64,000 nt of DNA, taken from assembly GCF_006345805.1 (NCBI RefSeq), contig NC_043006.1, positions 96,410,001 through 96,474,000 of the forward strand, in the 5' to 3' direction. Made by a program: the position numbers and the translations under genes. Positions 12,395-26,071 of this stretch are shown here, one piece after another. Under the pieces are notes generated by a model, which saw nothing but the letters and a program-made list of their open reading frames with translations, had not been told where the DNA came from and searched no databases. This DNA is from Octopus sinensis (lineage: Eukaryota). Position 1 is the stretch's first letter, and each line of letters begins with the position of its first letter.

Positions 12395-12581
12395 TTTTAT
12401 CTTTCATTTGTTTCATTTATTAGACTGCGGCCATGCTGGTACAACGCTTTGATGAAATTTTCGTCCAATATATCAACCCCAGTCCTTATTCTATCGATCT
12501 TTCTTGCCGAACCGCTAGTTATGAGGACCGAAACACACCAGCACCGGTTATCATGGTGGTGGGACAAACAGAGACTCGAAG

Positions 12582-12614
<33 letters not shown>

Positions 12615-12678
12615 TACACGTATATGAACCTGGAATCATGTGGTTGAGAAGCAAACTTCTTACCACATAGCCACACCT
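12395..12678 (-). mobile_element. SINE-A, internally deleted and diverged
   Basis: Tail and head homology to 3451-3866 with the middle missing. Confidence 0.7.
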
Positions 12679-13258
12679 ATATGTATGTATGTATGTATGT
12701 ATGTATGCATATATGTATGTACGTATATATGCACACACGCACATACACACACACACAAACACACAAATACACACATTTGTGTATATATGTACATAAGCAA
12801 ATTAGCAAAGTTGCTCGAGCGTTGAATAGAATGACATGTGGTCTGTTCCTATTCTGTACCCCGTGTGTTGAAATCCTACCGAAGTTCGATAAAAATAAAT
12901 ACCCCGTCGGGTAGAATGGCGGATACCTTAGTACGTCTGGCGAGAGACTGGGTGATGTCTCGTTTGACTCTTTGCGTCAGGAGTTCAAGTTCCGTTTAGC
13001 TGCTGAAATACGCCCTTACCAACCCGCAGGAATGCAAACCCTTAAAACACTGTCAGTTTTATATGCAAGGTTCTGAGTGGAATTGAGTGAAGGGCTCTTT
13101 GTATGCAGCAACACACACTAGTAAGACCAGAAGGTGACGAAAGTCCAGATAAAAAATGTACCACCTGAAGTCGAAATACAATGGTTAGTCTCTGCCATCT
13201 GCTTTGAAATGGCAGAGACAAACATTCTTGAAATCGCTGTTCTAGAACAGAAATCTGG

Positions 13259-14205
13259 GTGGGAAAATCAATCCAATTCCTCCTTCAATTAGATGAAACA
13301 ACAAGAGAAAAGATACTCATCACTATAGAACTGCTAATGGCTACAAACTCTATGCAGAAGAGTCCAACCACTGCACAACAAGAGCAACAACAACAACCAC
13401 TACCACAACCAAAACACTCCGAGAAAAAAGCACTACTACCCACACCACCATCAACACAGAAGATGACAAGAGAAGCACACCAAGCTAATCCATCAACAAC
13501 CAAAATTAATACAACACCCGATAAAATACCTGAGAAAATACCAACACCACCAACAACAGCAAGGACTAAAGGAACAGAAAAACAAAAAAATATACAAAAA
13601 CTGATTCCCATCCCTTATACCGCACTCACCACACACAAACACTCAACAACCAACAGCAACGAAAACAACAACACAACCACTTATACATGCATAGAAGCCT
13701 ACAACATACCCCTACCTACTTCTGATTCCTCAGAAAATTCGTCGGAAGACGAAACCAGTGAGGAATGGCAAATAGCTACAAAAAGAAGGGAAAAAAGAGC
13801 CGAAGCACAACTAAACCAAATGCAAACACGAACAAAGCAGGGGGAAATACATCTCCCAAAGACATTTCAAAACCCAACACAAACAACAGCCACACCAACA
13901 CAACAAAAATATATACAGCAAACGTGCTCACAACCATAGACACCAAAAACACAAATTTGATGGAATACATCAAATCAAAAACAAACATAACAGAAGATGA
14001 CATAAAAAAAACAATCACCCATACACAACACCACCAGACCACATCAAAATATTACACATCTCCAAAAGTCTGCACCACACACTCAAAGGCATTTTCCCCA
14101 GTGCGGTTGGTAAATGCCAAAAATATCTCACAAAGAAACTGTACTGGGATCTCCTCGAGGACAAACCAAAGGAGGAGAAAGCAAAAACTTTCGAGTAGTA
14201 AGTAA
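13259..14205 (+). pseudogene. A/C-rich, frameshifted ORF1 (gag)-like region upstream of LINE ORF2
   Basis: Overlapping ORFs 13259-13939 and 13765-14205, rich in T/Q/K/P/N, with strong A+C strand bias, directly 5' of an APE domain. No diagnostic motif was recognised. Confidence 0.4.
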
Positions 14206-14245
14206 CCCTCTGTTCCTTTCGCTTTTATTTTAATTCACTAGGATT

Positions 14246-16763
14246 ATGATCAAGATTGGTTGTGTAAAAGCGCGTGGCTTGGGGTCCCCTTGGAAACAAG
14301 GGTACCTCTTAAATAACAAAGTCACACAAGTTATAAATCATAGCCATAAGTGAGACCAGACTCCACAATCCGCGGGCACTAAAGACCATGTTTGGCGGAC
14401 AGTTCAACATTTATTTTTCCCCTGTCTGCCAAGAATGGGCGGTAGTGGCACCGCGGTACTTTTTCGCAAGAGTCTGGATCTCAAAGTAAAGACAATATTC
14501 GTAGACCTGGAGGGTAGACTGGTCGTCCTGGATGTCGACGGCAGCAATGGGTGCGCTTTTCGACTCGTATCAGTCTACGCACCGCCTTTAACAGGTCGGG
14601 CGGATTTCTTCCAACATCTATAAGTATTCTTGGGAACGTCTCGTCCTTTACTCTTAGTGGGGGATTGGAATGCTACCTTGGACACGCATGTATACTGCGT
14701 GGAATAGGCGGGGATGCAAATGCCTCAGAGACCTGCTCAGACGCTTTCAACTGTCTGATAGGTACCTACTCGACCACCGAATGGACATGGAGCAACCGCA
14801 TCGAGTCGTCGAGATCGCATCTAGATAGGATACTGTGTAGGACAGTAGATAGAGATAGCGTAGGATGTCCACAATTTCACATAGTCAGCTACACAGATCA
14901 CAAACTTCTGTCACGTACGCTAGACTTAGATAAGACACATAGGCATGGTCCTGGATACTGGAAACTAAACGCGTCTTTCCCATCGAGACAGGTTTTCAGA
15001 GACCCGATTAGCACACTAGTAAAGAGGGCTTTGACGGGAGCCATCATCAACAACAAATGGTGGCTTGCCCTCAAGAGAGCAGTAAAAGCAGAAGCGAGTA
15101 GGTACAGCAAAACACTAGCCATAGATAGAAATAGAGTAGAGGGTGAGCTAGTTAAGAAGCTAGAAGAGGCAATTAGAAGCGGCATCGCATCCGACGTTTT
15201 GGCGACGAGGTTGGCCCTCGACCAACACTTCAACGCCAAACACGAAGGGTGTGTTGTCAGAGCTAGGATACGTGCTCTAAGGAATCAAGATGTGGAGCCG
15301 CGAGAGAGGCCCAGGTGGCAGAGGCGCAAGAGGGCAACAAAGCCACTATTCGGTCTCTGGTAGATGAACAGGGGCGCGAATTACTCGAGCCAAATAAAAT
15401 GTGTGAGGCCTTGTCCCGACCCTACCATCACCAAACTAGAACACATTCTCTTTCGCTTCTTGTGGAAAGGATGCGTCTCGATAGTCAGGCGATCCATTTG
15501 CTGTCAACACCCGTTAAAAGGAGGACTGGCAATGCCGTGGTTGATGATGCGCAGACACGCGCTGAGACGGCGACATCTCAGGCTCTACGTAGACGATGGT
15601 GAACAGGTGTGGTCACCGTTTGTGAGGCACTCTTTCCCGCAACTCGTCTCCATGACCGAACTGCAGTCGTGGATCAAAAAGAGGCCGAGAAAGGGCGAAC
15701 GGCACCGCGTGTGTCGCGTTGCTCTCAAGCAACTATGCCGTCCCGGGTCCACCTTGAGTGACTTCAACTCAGCCCAAGCATTCTATAGGGGATTAGTGGA
15801 GGGGAGGTACGACGACGAGCTCGGGGCGAACCTAGACGTCGACGAGGAATACCTGACCCGCCTGTTCAGGACGACTTTCCGGCCAGGGCCCATGGACAAC
15901 TTCCAGAGATCCCTGGCCTGGCAGTGCTACCGAGAAGCGCTACCCGTTCGGGATAAGCTCTACAGACACGGCTCGAGAAACACGGGGCCGACCTGCCCGA
16001 GGTGCGGTCAGAGCGACGAAATCGTTCTGCACGCACTCGTGCAGTGTCCAACAATTTCCGACCTGTGGGCTTATGTCGAACAACTGCTGTCACGTGTGGG
16101 ACGAGTCGGTTTATCAGCCGAGGATATCGTCAATATTGTCACGCCTCCTTCCTTCAAACGGGAAGGAAAAGCTATTTTCATCATCCTTGTGGCTATGGCG
16201 AAAGAATGTATCTGGTGGACGCGTCTGAAAGGATTGGAGACAAACACTTTCCTCTCTGGTCAATCTCTCATCAACTTCTTCAAGTATCACTTGAAGAGGA
16301 AAGTGAGAGTAGAGAGGCAAGTTTTGTCTAGCGAATGTTTTAAAAAAAGATGGGTGAATGTAGCAAGGCTGGCACGTATGAATGACGAAGGCACCTTGAG
16401 CATAATCCTATGAACACGGAAATTTAAAAGAGAGGGTTACCTACTTGCAAACAAATGTGGTAACATGTAACAATATTGACCGAGGTTACCGTAGTCTTTT
16501 CCGTAGGCTATTCTCCCCACGGATAAACCTTATCTGCTTCCCCCTTTACACCTTACATCATGACACTGTGATACACGAGCCTTATTGATCATTTTTTCTT
16601 CTTCTTTTGCTTCTTTTCCTTTTTTTTTTCTTCTTTCCCTTTTACGATCCCTCTTGATCGAAAACCTACCCCACCTTTATTTTTTTTGTCTCCCCCAAAA
16701 AGAAAAGCTCTACTTTGTAATCTGTCCCATATGTGTGCAGCCCTGTGTGGCTAATAAAGAAAC
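14246..16763 (+). mobile_element. L1/Tx1-type LINE ORF2 and 3' UTR with the RT domain deleted
   Basis: APE motifs IIAISETR, VSVYAP, GDWN, SHLDRIL, SYTDH, then GPGYWKLN. At ~15410 it jumps to post-RT sequence (LFRFLWKG..HPLKGGLAMP) and a zf-RVT-like WQCYREALPVRDKL..CPRC..EIVLHALVQC. Stop at 16413; the 3' UTR ends aataaagaaac before (TATC)n. Confidence 0.88.
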
Positions 16764-18077
<1,314 letters not shown>

Positions 18078-18627
18078 GATGCAGTACCAGGCAGTGGCTC
18101 TCATGGCTTCTGATCTTAACTGATTGGAAGTGTTATCATGTACATTGTTTTGTCTTGGTATAAAAGATGGGCTACAGCAAATATTCTGCTCAATACCACA
18201 GATTTGCTTGTCAGTTGTTTGACCTTAACCAGTTGAGCATGTCCCTTAGTGGCTGACGATATGTGCATCTCTGATCACGAGCAGAAGTAGTGGGAGAGCA
18301 TCATAGCCATGTGTTGAGAAGGATTCTTTGGGGTTTGAATAATTCACCTCTGGAAACATGGGTGTTTCGTTCAACGTCCTTAAACAACCCTTATTCAGGG
18401 ACCTTTTGAGCGGGATGGGTTACTCGATCTGAAGAAAATTCTAACTGGGCTCCACCTGCAAGGTCATGTGCTGTTTATCTTGATATGAGATCACCATATC
18501 GCGCACATATGGTTGTGATGCATGTGCCTGGTGTACCCTTATCACACGGGTAGTCATGATGGGTATACTGGGCTTCGTATAATTGTACCCCAGTGTCACT
18601 TTGATGGCATGCTCTGCTCGCTCACTC
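18078..18627 (+). mobile_element. Unclassified ~550 bp interspersed repeat (family E), flanked by (TAA)n
   Basis: Runs gatgcagtaccaggcagtggc...ctcgctcactc. Homologous copies at 18669-18917, 44009-44313 (-) and 45220-45921 (-). No ORF and no TIR. Orientation is assumed. Confidence 0.75.
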
Positions 18628-18664
<37 letters not shown>

Positions 18665-18668
18665 GAGT

Positions 18669-18917
18669 AATTCTTTTGGGTCTGAATAATTTACTTTTGA
18701 GCGGGATGATCTACTCGACGTAAAGAAAATTCTAACAGGCCCCCACCTGCAAGGACATCCATCGTTTGTCTTGATATAAGATCACCATGTCACCCTCATA
18801 TGGTTGTGATGCATATGCCTGATGTACCCTTATCAGCCGGGCAGTCATGATGGGTATACCGGGCTTCGTATATTTTACTCCAGTGTCACTTTGATGGCAT
18901 GCACTGCTCTCTCACTC
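18669..18917 (+). mobile_element. Family E, 5'-truncated tandem copy
   Basis: Repeats the 3' part of 18078-18627 and ends cactc(aat)n. Confidence 0.75.
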
Positions 18918-18937
18918 AATAATAAAAATATCATTAA

Positions 18938-19105
18938 TGGATTCAAATTTTGCTACAAGGGTAGTCATTTGTGGGGAGGAGATGAATCAATTACATCGAC
19001 CCCAGTGTTCAACTGTTCCTCATTTTATCGATCCCGAAAGGATAAAGACAAAGTCCACCTCGGTGGAATTTGAACTCAGATCGTGCAGACGGGCAAAATG
19101 CTTCT
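18938..19105 (-). mobile_element. SINE-B, diverged
   Basis: Central block homology (atcgatcccgaaaggataaagacaaagt..ctcggtggaatttgaactcaga). Confidence 0.65.
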
Positions 19106-19124
19106 ATCCGGAGCGCTGAGGAAC

Positions 19125-20051
19125 AAAATGATGATGATGATGATGATGAACAACAACAACAATAACATCTCCCCCACGACCACCACCAGCACAACGATTA
19201 ACGATAACAACAACAACAAATTTAGCTACACCACCTACAATAACATTGTTACCATCACAATCACCTCCAATAACAACGGCAACGACAACCATCACCACCA
19301 CCACCACCACCACTACAACCACCACACTACCACCACCACCACCAACAACAACAACAAGATCAATAAAAACAACGCCATCATTAACAATAACATCAATAAT
19401 AACTAGACCATCCACACCGTAAGCCACTCCACTAACAACGGCCTCACTCCCGAAACTTGAGGACGGCGCCACATCCCCTTTACCGAACCGAACCACCAAA
19501 ATCCGAATGGAGATTTTATTTGTTCGGATTTCCTTAAGAACACATCAACAAAATGTAAAAACCTCCCGCGCCATTTTCATTGTCAAATCGTCACTGTCGT
19601 CTGCACCGGGTGAATCACTCTCCATTAACTTGTTTGACCTGAAAAATAGCTTTCCATTTAAAATGGAGGAGGAATGGATAAGAGAATGCAGAGAAAGGTG
19701 AACAAATACATAATACACACACACACACACATGCATACATACATACATACATACATACATACATACATACATACATACATACATACATACATTAATATAT
19801 ATATACATACAAACTTAATATAAATGCATTTGTTTTTTATATCTCTAAATAACTATATGTATGTGAATGTGATATATATGTATATGTATATATATACACG
19901 TATATATGCGTATTATATACATATATACATATATATGTATATATTAATATATGTATATGTAATTATATATATATATATATATATAGAGAGAGATTTATAC
20001 ACATGTATGTATATATATATATATGTATATACATACACACATATATCTATG

Positions 20052-20142
<91 letters not shown>

Positions 20143-20280
20143 CAGGGCAGGGGTATGGGAAAACTTCGCAAGAATTTTGCTAAGTGCATATACTGGCCTG
20201 AAAGAGAGAAGGAGAGGGAGCAAGAGAGAGGAAGAGACAGAGAAGAAGAAAGAGAGGGGGAGGAAAGGAGAGTGAAAGAC

Positions 20281-20347
<67 letters not shown>

Positions 20348-21210
20348 ACAAACTGATAGACTAGCAGAGAGGCAAATAAAGAAACAGCCAAGAGAAAGCA
20401 AAGTATAGGGAGAGACGATTAGAATTTTGTAATGTCGGCCGGATGGTGTGAGACAAGGTTTTTTTCTTTTTTGTTAATTCATCCGTATCTGTTTAACCAC
20501 AAAATCATACATATTATACAACAGATTAGTTGAGAAGATTTACAGGACTTTTATAAGATTTACGGGACTTCTTGTTGTTTAAACTTCGAAGAAGAAGAGG
20601 AGAGGAAGAAGAGATGGAAGAGGAGAAGAAGAAAATGTGAAGAAAACAGAAAAAGGGGAATATGAAATGATCACCACCACTACCACCTCAACAACAACAA
20701 CAAATAACAACACCAGCAACACTTCAGGACCATGAACAACGCTAACACCAACACAAACAAAACCACAACAACCGTTATCAGGGAAACGTTAAGAAATATT
20801 GGGGGAAGAACACCGTGTTAGCATAAGAGACCCACTTAATGTACAAACACAAGAAGATTTTATCCAAAGCTGAGCACTTCTGCAAGTGTGCATTTGTAGA
20901 AGAGTTAATACAACACTATAAGATGCATATATATATAATTAGCGGTGTTGCCCGCCCATGCAATTATATTTCAACACTTTATGATGGTACACACCCAACC
21001 AACAATAACTTAATGTGTGACCAGATATGTAGAAATCCAGATTAAGACAAAGTGTACAAGTCCTGTTTGTCTTTATTTTCCATAAGTAAGTGTGTGCGTG
21101 CTTTGTGAGGGCACGTGTGAATATCTGCATGTTGTGTATATGTATATGGATGTGTGTCTGCGTGCGTCTATATGCATACATACATACATACATAGACACA
21201 TACATACACA

Positions 21211-21246
<36 letters not shown>

Positions 21247-21590
21247 TGTATGTATGTATGTATGTATGTATGAATGTATATGTGTGTGTATGTATGTATG
21301 TATATGTGTGTGTGTACATGTGTGTGCGTGTGTATGTGTTTAGTGTGCTTCTGTGTCTGTATATGCAAGTTTGTAAATTCGCATGCTTTTGTCTATTCAT
21401 CTTTCTAACTACCTTGCCGTCGACATATTTAACTAGAGCTAAAGATCTTGGTTGGAGTTTCAATATCCTGTTGTGATAGTTCCAATCCGCATAAATATTT
21501 TTCTTTAGTAACCTTGAGATAAATATTTTATAATTATTCCAGTGCATACAAACACAAACATACACACAAAGATATATATATTTATATATA

Positions 21591-21650
<60 letters not shown>
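19125..21650. repeat. Microsatellite-rich block (AAC/CAC, CATA, TA, GA, TATG)
   Basis: Directly visible. Confidence 0.85.
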
Positions 21651-21656
<6 letters not shown>

Positions 21657-21659
21657 TTT

Positions 21660-22278
21660 AAATGAGGGTGAGAAATTGGATATTAATTTAATTAACATCG
21701 ATTTCACACCAGTGGTCTAGCATATAAAAAACTGAATGTTCAGTAAAATTGTATTATATACATATTAGAGGGAAACCGGTATGTGGACACCCTTATCCTA
21801 GAAATAGATCCGCTATGGTCTTACCAATCAGATTTGTAAACAGTTCTACCCATTACACTCGTGGTTACTATTTCAAATGCCCTCGTTTTGGCGCGCTAAA
21901 TTACTGAAAAAACTGATGCTGCGAATAAATACTTTACTGCAGTGGCCTTTACCGGTTAGAGAACGTATTAAGATAAATTTAAATTTAAAATGAGGGTGAG
22001 AAATTGGATACTAATTTAATTAACATCGATTTCACACCAGTGGTCTAGCATATAAAAAATTGAAGGTTCAGTAAAATTGTATTATATACATATTAGAGGG
22101 AAACCACTATGTGGACACCCTTATGCTAGAAATAGATCCGCTATGGTCTTACCACTAAGGCATGTTCTCCAGAAAGATTTGGCAAATTTACTGCCACTGC
22201 AGTAAAGTATTTTTTGCAGCATCAGTTTTTCCGGTAATTTAGCGCGCCAAAACGAGTACATTTGAAAAAGTAACCACG
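21660..22278. repeat. Interleaved direct and inverted repeat element next to (TA)n
   Basis: 167 bp direct repeats at 21660-21826 and 21988-22154; ~87 bp inverted repeats at 21860-21946 and 22193-22278. Confidence 0.9.
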
Positions 22279-22485
22279 TATTATTTTATACGTACGTAGT
22301 GTTTTTACTTATTATATTATATTTATCATTCTTTTTGTACTTAATAAAAAATTAAAAAAATAAAAAATAAAAAATGAAATATATATAATATTTTATATTA
22401 ATTATTGTTATATTATTTGTTATTTATGTATTGGTTTATGTCTATCACTGTTTGAGTTGCATAATAGTGGTTTTATCTCTAATTC

Positions 22486-22516
<31 letters not shown>

Positions 22517-22517
<1 letters not shown>

Positions 22518-22690
22518 ACCGATGCTGGTGTGTTTATGTCCCCGTTACTTAGTGGTTCGGCAAAAGAGACCGATAGAATAAGTACTGGGCTTACAAAAGA
22601 ATAAGTCCCGGGATCGAGTTGCTCGACTAAAGGCGGTGCTCCAGCATGGCTGCAGTCAAACGATTGAAACAAGTAAAAGAGTAAAAGAGT
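22517..22690 (+). mobile_element. SINE-A 3' half
   Basis: aaccgatgctggtgtgttt...gaaacaagtaaaagagtaaaagag. Confidence 0.8.
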
Positions 22691-22803
22691 ATATATGTAT
22701 ATATGTATATATGTATTTTTATATGTATATGTGTGCGTGAGTGTGTGCGTGTGTGTGTGTATATATGCATATATATATATGTATATATATATATATGTAT
22801 ATA

Positions 22804-22879
<76 letters not shown>

Positions 22880-23006
22880 ATACATGTGTGTATATATATA
22901 CATATGTATATATATATATAATATATATATATATATATAATATATATATATACGTTTAAATATTTGTTGTGCAAGATTTTTTATGTGAAGTCGTGTGTTG
23001 AAACAG

Positions 23007-23308
23007 ATATTGTTATATTTCGGAATGGTCATTTTGCCAGTTTAGCCAATAAAAACACACGCACTATATATTTGGTGTTATTTTGCTTCAGTGTTGACGG
23101 TTAGTAAGGAGAGACACAAATAAGAAAGAAGAAAACAAAGGACCACTGATGCGGTCACAGAAGTGTGACGAAAGAACTCTGGCTGAAATAAGATTAAGAT
23201 TAATGTAAAAAAATAAATAACGCTGAAGCAAAATAACACCAAATATATAGTGCGTGTGTTTTTATTGGCTAAACTGGCAAAATGACCATTCCGAAATATT
23301 AACAATAT
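23007..23308. mobile_element. Foldback element (~89 bp arms) in (TA)n, probable Penelope-like remnant
   Basis: Arms at 23007-23095 and 23219-23308 are near-perfect inverted repeats; the spacer carries a hammerhead-like motif. Confidence 0.75.
23143..23182 (+). ncRNA. Minimal type I hammerhead-like motif, probably mutated
   Basis: CCA CTGATGC G GTCAC AGAAGT GTGAC GAAA GAAC TC TGG. Stem I is CCA/UGG, stem II is 5 bp, and the UC site is present. The core has A9C, and stem III is one change away from palindromic GTAC. Confidence 0.6.
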
Positions 23309-23340
23309 ATATATATATATATATATATACATAATATAAC

Positions 23341-23654
23341 TGGCACTCTGCTAGTTATCACGTGGAGTCTTCCAGTTGATCCGATTAACGGACCGGCCTG
23401 CTCTCATGCAAGTGGCTGAGCACTTCACAGACACGGGTACCCTTAATGTACTTATAAGAGAGATTCAGCGTGATAGAGTGTATGACAAGGCTGGCTCTTT
23501 GAAATACATACAGGTAAAATTTATTTTTGCCAGATGTGTGGACTGGAGCAACGTGAAATAAAGTGTCTTGCTCAACGACACAACACGCCGCTAGGTATGG
23601 AACTAACGAGTTTACGATCTTCAGCCGAATATCCAAACCTCTTATCTACGCGCC
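23341..23654 (-). mobile_element. tRNA-derived SINE-D, diverged
   Basis: Revcomp homology to 58815-59121 (gagcaagacactttatttcacgttgctccagtccac ... tail ending gagtgcca). Confidence 0.7.
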
Positions 23655-23674
23655 TTCACTGTTTTATATATATA

Positions 23675-24087
23675 TACTCTTTACTCTTTTACTTGTTTCA
23701 GTCATTTAACTGCGGCCATGCTGGAGCACCGCCTTTAGTCGAGCAACTCGACCCCGGGACTTATTCTTTTGTAAGCCCAGTACTTATTCTATCGGTCTCT
23801 TTTGCCGAACCGCTAAGTAATGGGGACATAAACACACCAGCATCGGTTGTCAAGCAATGCTAGGGGGACAAACACAGACACACAAACACACACACGCATA
23901 TATATATATATACACACATATATACGACGGGCTTCTTTCAGTTTCTGTCTACCAAATCCACTCACAAGGCTTTGGTCGGCCCGAGGCTATAGTAGAAGAC
24001 ACTTGCCCAAGATGCCACGCAGTGGGTCTGAATCCGGACCCATGTGGTTGGTAAGCTAGCTACTTACCACCCAGCTACTCCTGCGCC

Positions 24088-24088
<1 letters not shown>
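23675..24088 (-). mobile_element. SINE-A, full length
   Basis: Colinear with 3451-3866. Confidence 0.85.
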
Positions 24089-24121
<33 letters not shown>

Positions 24122-24599
24122 ACTGCTTTTACAAAAATACAATTTCCAAAGTGTAACGAGATTATTAGTTGAAACGTTTCATACCTCTCAATCACAATAT
24201 CAATATCTACTTTATGGTCTGTCACCAGAAAGTAAACAAGCAACAACGCAAACATGTTTTTACCCAGAAATTGTAAATAAATGTTGATGAACGCTGGGTA
24301 AACATTACTTCACAATGTAATTTTCAGTGAAGTAACTCGGATGAAAGTAAATACCCAGTCTACAGGGATGCAAGGGTGTTTAGCCATATGTCAACTCTCA
24401 CTGAATAAACCAACATATAATCAATGCCAGTTCAGAAATGAACTAACCAATGTTTTTTCAGACATAGTATGTCTTGGATTACATTATCTAATATATCCAA
24501 ATAGCCTTAATTTATAAAACCGATGGAGTGCGATTTCGGCGAGATATGGCTGGTGTTTTTAACAATTTAAAGGGACAACGTAGATGAGCGGTTGTCAAA

Positions 24600-26013
24600 C
24601 AGTGGCTCTCGGTTAGGTATGCGGTGTTCTGCAAAATCCGGATAGCATCTGACGAAATGCGGGATGTGATGGCTGGCTACACAACGGAAAAGTCGCCGAG
24701 GAAGAATGATCTCGTCTACGGGCTTTAATTCATATACTAAATTTGTCCTTGTACTAAATTTGTGTTCTGCAATATCAGCAGAATGGGAGAATTTCAAACC
24801 TCTAAGAATTAAGCGTAGTGGTGCTATTGAAAAAGGATCCGAACAAGGGGGGGGGGGGATTTTCGCAACTGAAGTGTTGAACATTTGGCTAATGTGTTTG
24901 AGAGGGGGTCGGCACCTGTCGATTCTCTGATAGATGACGTGCAGGCATGCAGCATTGCAAATAGTTCTAACCACAACAACCTGCTCCTCAAGCGTTATAT
25001 CTTAAAAAGAATGGATATAAAACTTGTCATAGGTGAGACCTGACCATTTTCAGTCAGTCGAAATCTTTCGGTATGGTTGACCATCAATGGTCGCTTTCTC
25101 ACGGCAGTTTGTGTTGGTCCAAATTTTCAGCGGTTTAATTGCAGCTATTTACAGCGATAGCTGCTGGGTCGTCAGAGTAAATGTCTATCGGAATTACTCA
25201 GCGCCATGCGTTCTGTCCATAAAGACTGTCTCTTCTCGCCCCTTCTCTACTTGATGGCGTTCGAGCCACTACTACGGAAGTTAGAAGTTTCGAAGTACAT
25301 CCCACGTCAATTAGGATATAAGAGAGTAGTGGCAGCAAATGCAGACACATCACCGGAATGCTGTAAGGAATCAAACACATGGCAGCGATCGGCTCTGCTT
25401 TGAAGAAATACGAAGCAGTGAGAGGGACAACAGTTATCCTGGAAAAGTCGATAGATCTGTTGTTCGGTGTCTGGAGAAGCAGATCCATGCAACCAGTAGC
25501 ATCGAGGGGTGAAGGGGAGATCGACAGGTTAAATTGTTCGGGACCTGGTTTGACCAGGGCCTCCAGGTAAGCGCGGAGGTGTGAGATGATGAGCAGGATG
25601 GCCAATTTTATCCAGAAATGGGCTGAGAGACAACTATCCCTTAACTATCCCTCAAAGGCGAGGGTGGATGAGGTAAACGTCTACATGGCTTCTGTCAACT
25701 ACTATCGCCTGACTCTCGTGCCTTGCTCAGTTTCATGGCTAGTGAGTCTGTAGATCTTCAGCTTTCTGTGCGCTGAACGATTTTCGCCGATTCCATTTGG
25801 TTTCCAGATCCGTTGCTACTGATACGCAGACATGCCCTGTTGCTACGACATCTCTAACACTTGCTTGACAGTGAGCAGGTTCAGTCGTCGCCTGTTAAGC
25901 TCGCTTTTCTATAGCTCGTCTCGTTGACAGATTTGCGGTCGTAGGTAAAGCGTAGAATAAGACAGGCACCCATCATTTACAGTGTCGCCGGCACACGCAC
26001 GCACACACACACA

Positions 26014-26071
<58 letters not shown>

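Noticed and set aside
18078-18092. Resemblance of the family E 5' end to the reverse complement of the U2 snRNA 3' stem
   Set aside because: Only about 12 bp with a mismatch and in antisense orientation, which is consistent with chance.
19430-19700. GC-richer island with an acceptor-like tttttcag on the minus strand (SNKLMESDSPGADDSDDLTMKMAREVFTFC*)
   Set aside because: Short, with no convincing donor and no recognisable homology. It cannot be supported without RNA-seq.
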